Origin: Octopus sinensis
Taxonomy: Eukaryota
Length of the DNA: 64,000 nucleotides
Assembly: GCF_006345805.1 (NCBI RefSeq)
Contig: NC_043005.1
Coordinates: 89,466,001-89,530,000 of the forward strand
Direction: 5' to 3'
Below, in pieces: positions 62,084 through 64,000 of this stretch (position 1 is the stretch's first letter; each line of letters opens with the position of its first letter). The translations under genes and the position numbers were made by a program. The notes below the pieces were generated by a model. That model saw only the letters and a list, made by a program, of their open reading frames with translations. It was not told the origin of the DNA and made no database searches.

Positions 62084-63014
62084 GTTTAGAGGATGCCATT
62101 TGACAGATTTAGCTGCTGTTTCTTGAAGGCCAAGCAACTATGCAGGTGTTTACTTGGTGGCTCAGATGAAATATATAGGTTCCACACTCACTCAATTCAC
62201 AGTCGAATGGTTAACGTCGTGTGTGTGTGAGGCAAGTAAATACCCAAGGGCTTGGATATGAAGCTTGCCAGATTCGGAGTTACGTGTTTATCTTATGCTT
62301 ACTGAAATAGTTTTCTAAAGTTGACGATGGGGGGTAGTGGCTGCTTAAATCGTCATATCTTTCCTTTTCCTCACAGCAAAGAAATATCTAAAAAGGCTGT
62401 TTATTATCATCAGAAAACAGAATTAAGAAAACACAATATTAAACCTCCTTTTTAATTTTGTTCTGTGTCGTCTTTATCTTGCAAACATTGTCTTCAGTCT
62501 TTCCCTTTTGTTAAGATTATCAGGCTTGTCAACAACAACAATAATAATAATGATAATGATAATAATAAAAAGTATGCCTCATGCTAGGTGTTAAATCATT
62601 GACAATAACTGAATTAGGAATTTCCTTTCTAATTAACCAGCTATAATTAACTGTCAGCTTCCCTGTGTTATATTGTCAACGAAGGTTTCTTTTGTTAAAT
62701 GAGGGTCTCCTCACTGGAACAGGACACCATGTTTTTCAGAATTTTTTAAAACATTGTTTCAGAGTTTCTTTCATAAGAGAAGCAGTCTTTCCTGACAAAT
62801 GATTCATGTCTGGTTAACATTTTTGTATTTAATGAGGGTGGTGAGGGTAGAGTTAATATCTTTTAAAGGGTTTTTTTTTTTTTGGTTTTGATGAAAATTA
62901 CAGATTTACTTTATTGGGAATTAAATAAAAGTGAATTTTGAAGAGATATAGGTATTTTAAAGACCCTTTTACATGCCTTATTGTCAAGCATTAGGAATAG
63001 ATATATGCATGCAT

Positions 63015-63400
63015 AGGCATAGACATGGCTGTGTGGTAAGAAGCTTGCTTCCCAATCACACAGTTTCCAGGTTCTGTCCCACTGTGTGACATCTTGGCAG
63101 ATGGCTTCTATTGTAGCCTCGGGCTGACCAAAGCCTTGTGAGTGGACTTGGCAGACGGAAACTGGAAGAAGCCTATAGTATAAATGTGTGTGTCTGTGTT
63201 TGTGTCCCACCATCACTTGATAACTGGTATTGGTGTGTTTACATCCCTGTAACTTAGCAGTTTGGCAAAAGAAACTGATAGAATAAGTACAGGCTTAGAA
63301 TAAAAAAAATATGTTCTAGTCAATTCTTTCAGCTAAAAATTGGGGATGGGGGACAGTGCCCCAGCATGGCCATAGTGTAATGACTCAAACAAGTAAAAGA
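63015..63400 (+). mobile_element. Full-length SINE family A
   Basis: AGGCATAGACATGGCTGTGTGGTAAGAAGCTTGCTTCCC to GACTCAAACAAGTAAAAGA. Confidence 0.9.
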
Positions 63401-63865
63401 TAAAAAGTGTGTGTGTGTATTTCACATTCATTTTTAATGCTAGCATGGGAGTGGGTGGGTGGGTTGGAGCAATTGTTTTTACAGCTGGTTGCTTTTACCT
63501 GCTGTGAACCACTTGAACCACACACACACATGCGTTAAGCTGGTGTCACACCATTATTTGCAGACAGACTGTTTTTACTTCCAATAAGAAGTTTGAGGAG
63601 TGGTTGCCCATAACTTTTATAGGTTTCTTTTCCAGACTGGTGAATTTGATTCCTCTGATAAAACCAGTCCAAACATCTGCAGGCCAGTGTCTGCAGGAAA
63701 ATTATGGCTTCGGAGAAAATGGGCGAAAGCCTGAGCAGAAGAATTTTTTTAAAGACTCGCCATTACTAAAGGATGGTGTTCAACAGGGAAAGGCATTCGG
63801 CCTTAAGTGGTGATGTAGAGTTTGTAGGTTAATATTCCTGACTCTTCATGTATATCCAGTGTGTA

Positions 63866-64000
63866 TAGGCGCAGGAGTGGCTGTGTGGTAAGTAGCTTGC
63901 CTACCAACTACATGGTTCTGGGTTCAGTCCCACTGCGTGACACCTTGGGCAAGTGTCTTCTACTATAGCCTCGGGCTGACCAATGCCTTGTGAGTGGATT
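63866..64000 (+). mobile_element. SINE family A, cut by window end
   Basis: AGGCGCAGGAGTGGCTGTGTGGTAAGTAGCTTG...GGTTCAGTCCCACTGCGTGACACCTTGGGCAAGTG. Confidence 0.9.

Larger units (their letters stand above)
10576..64000 (+). other. Probable intron 1 of the formin-like gene (over 53 kb, continues past the window)
   Basis: GTAAGT donor at 10576. I could not find the expected next exon (xMxLPPDKxxLL..YDxEKKW) in the window by eye or in the ORF track. Confidence 0.6.

Overview
Eukaryotic, AT-rich, repeat-dense genomic DNA. The SINE/MITE repertoire looks like that of an octopus (coleoid cephalopod); this is an inference. No prokaryotic features, CRISPR, rRNA or true tRNA were seen. Bases 1-4328 are a young CR1-clade LINE that runs off the left edge: ORF1 has a 291-bp in-frame duplication, ORF2 encodes APE+RT and is broken by one 1-bp deletion, and the tail is (TAAC)n. 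The only recognisable host coding sequence is the first coding exon of a formin-like gene (FMNL/Frl type, 10462-10575, + strand, MGN..S myristoylation motif). Exon 2 was not found, so the remaining ~53 kb is probably intron 1. It is filled with several SINE families, piggyBac/hAT MITEs, a DD37D Tc1/mariner relic, Helitron/Helentron non-autonomous elements, Penelope-like relics and two kilobase-scale purine-pyrimidine compound microsatellites. Almost all other ORFs in the track are artefacts of simple repeats or SINEs. The best leads are (i) a 230-nt -1-frame ORF1/ORF2 overlap with two in-frame slippery heptamers in a LINE whose ORF2 lacks an AUG, (ii) a sense-strand type I hammerhead ribozyme motif in the intron, (iii) candidate alternative phase-0 first or poison exons of the formin gene, and (iv) long intronic hairpins. 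I found no clearly new multi-gene system. Repeat coordinates are approximate (about +/-10-20 bp) unless termini are quoted.
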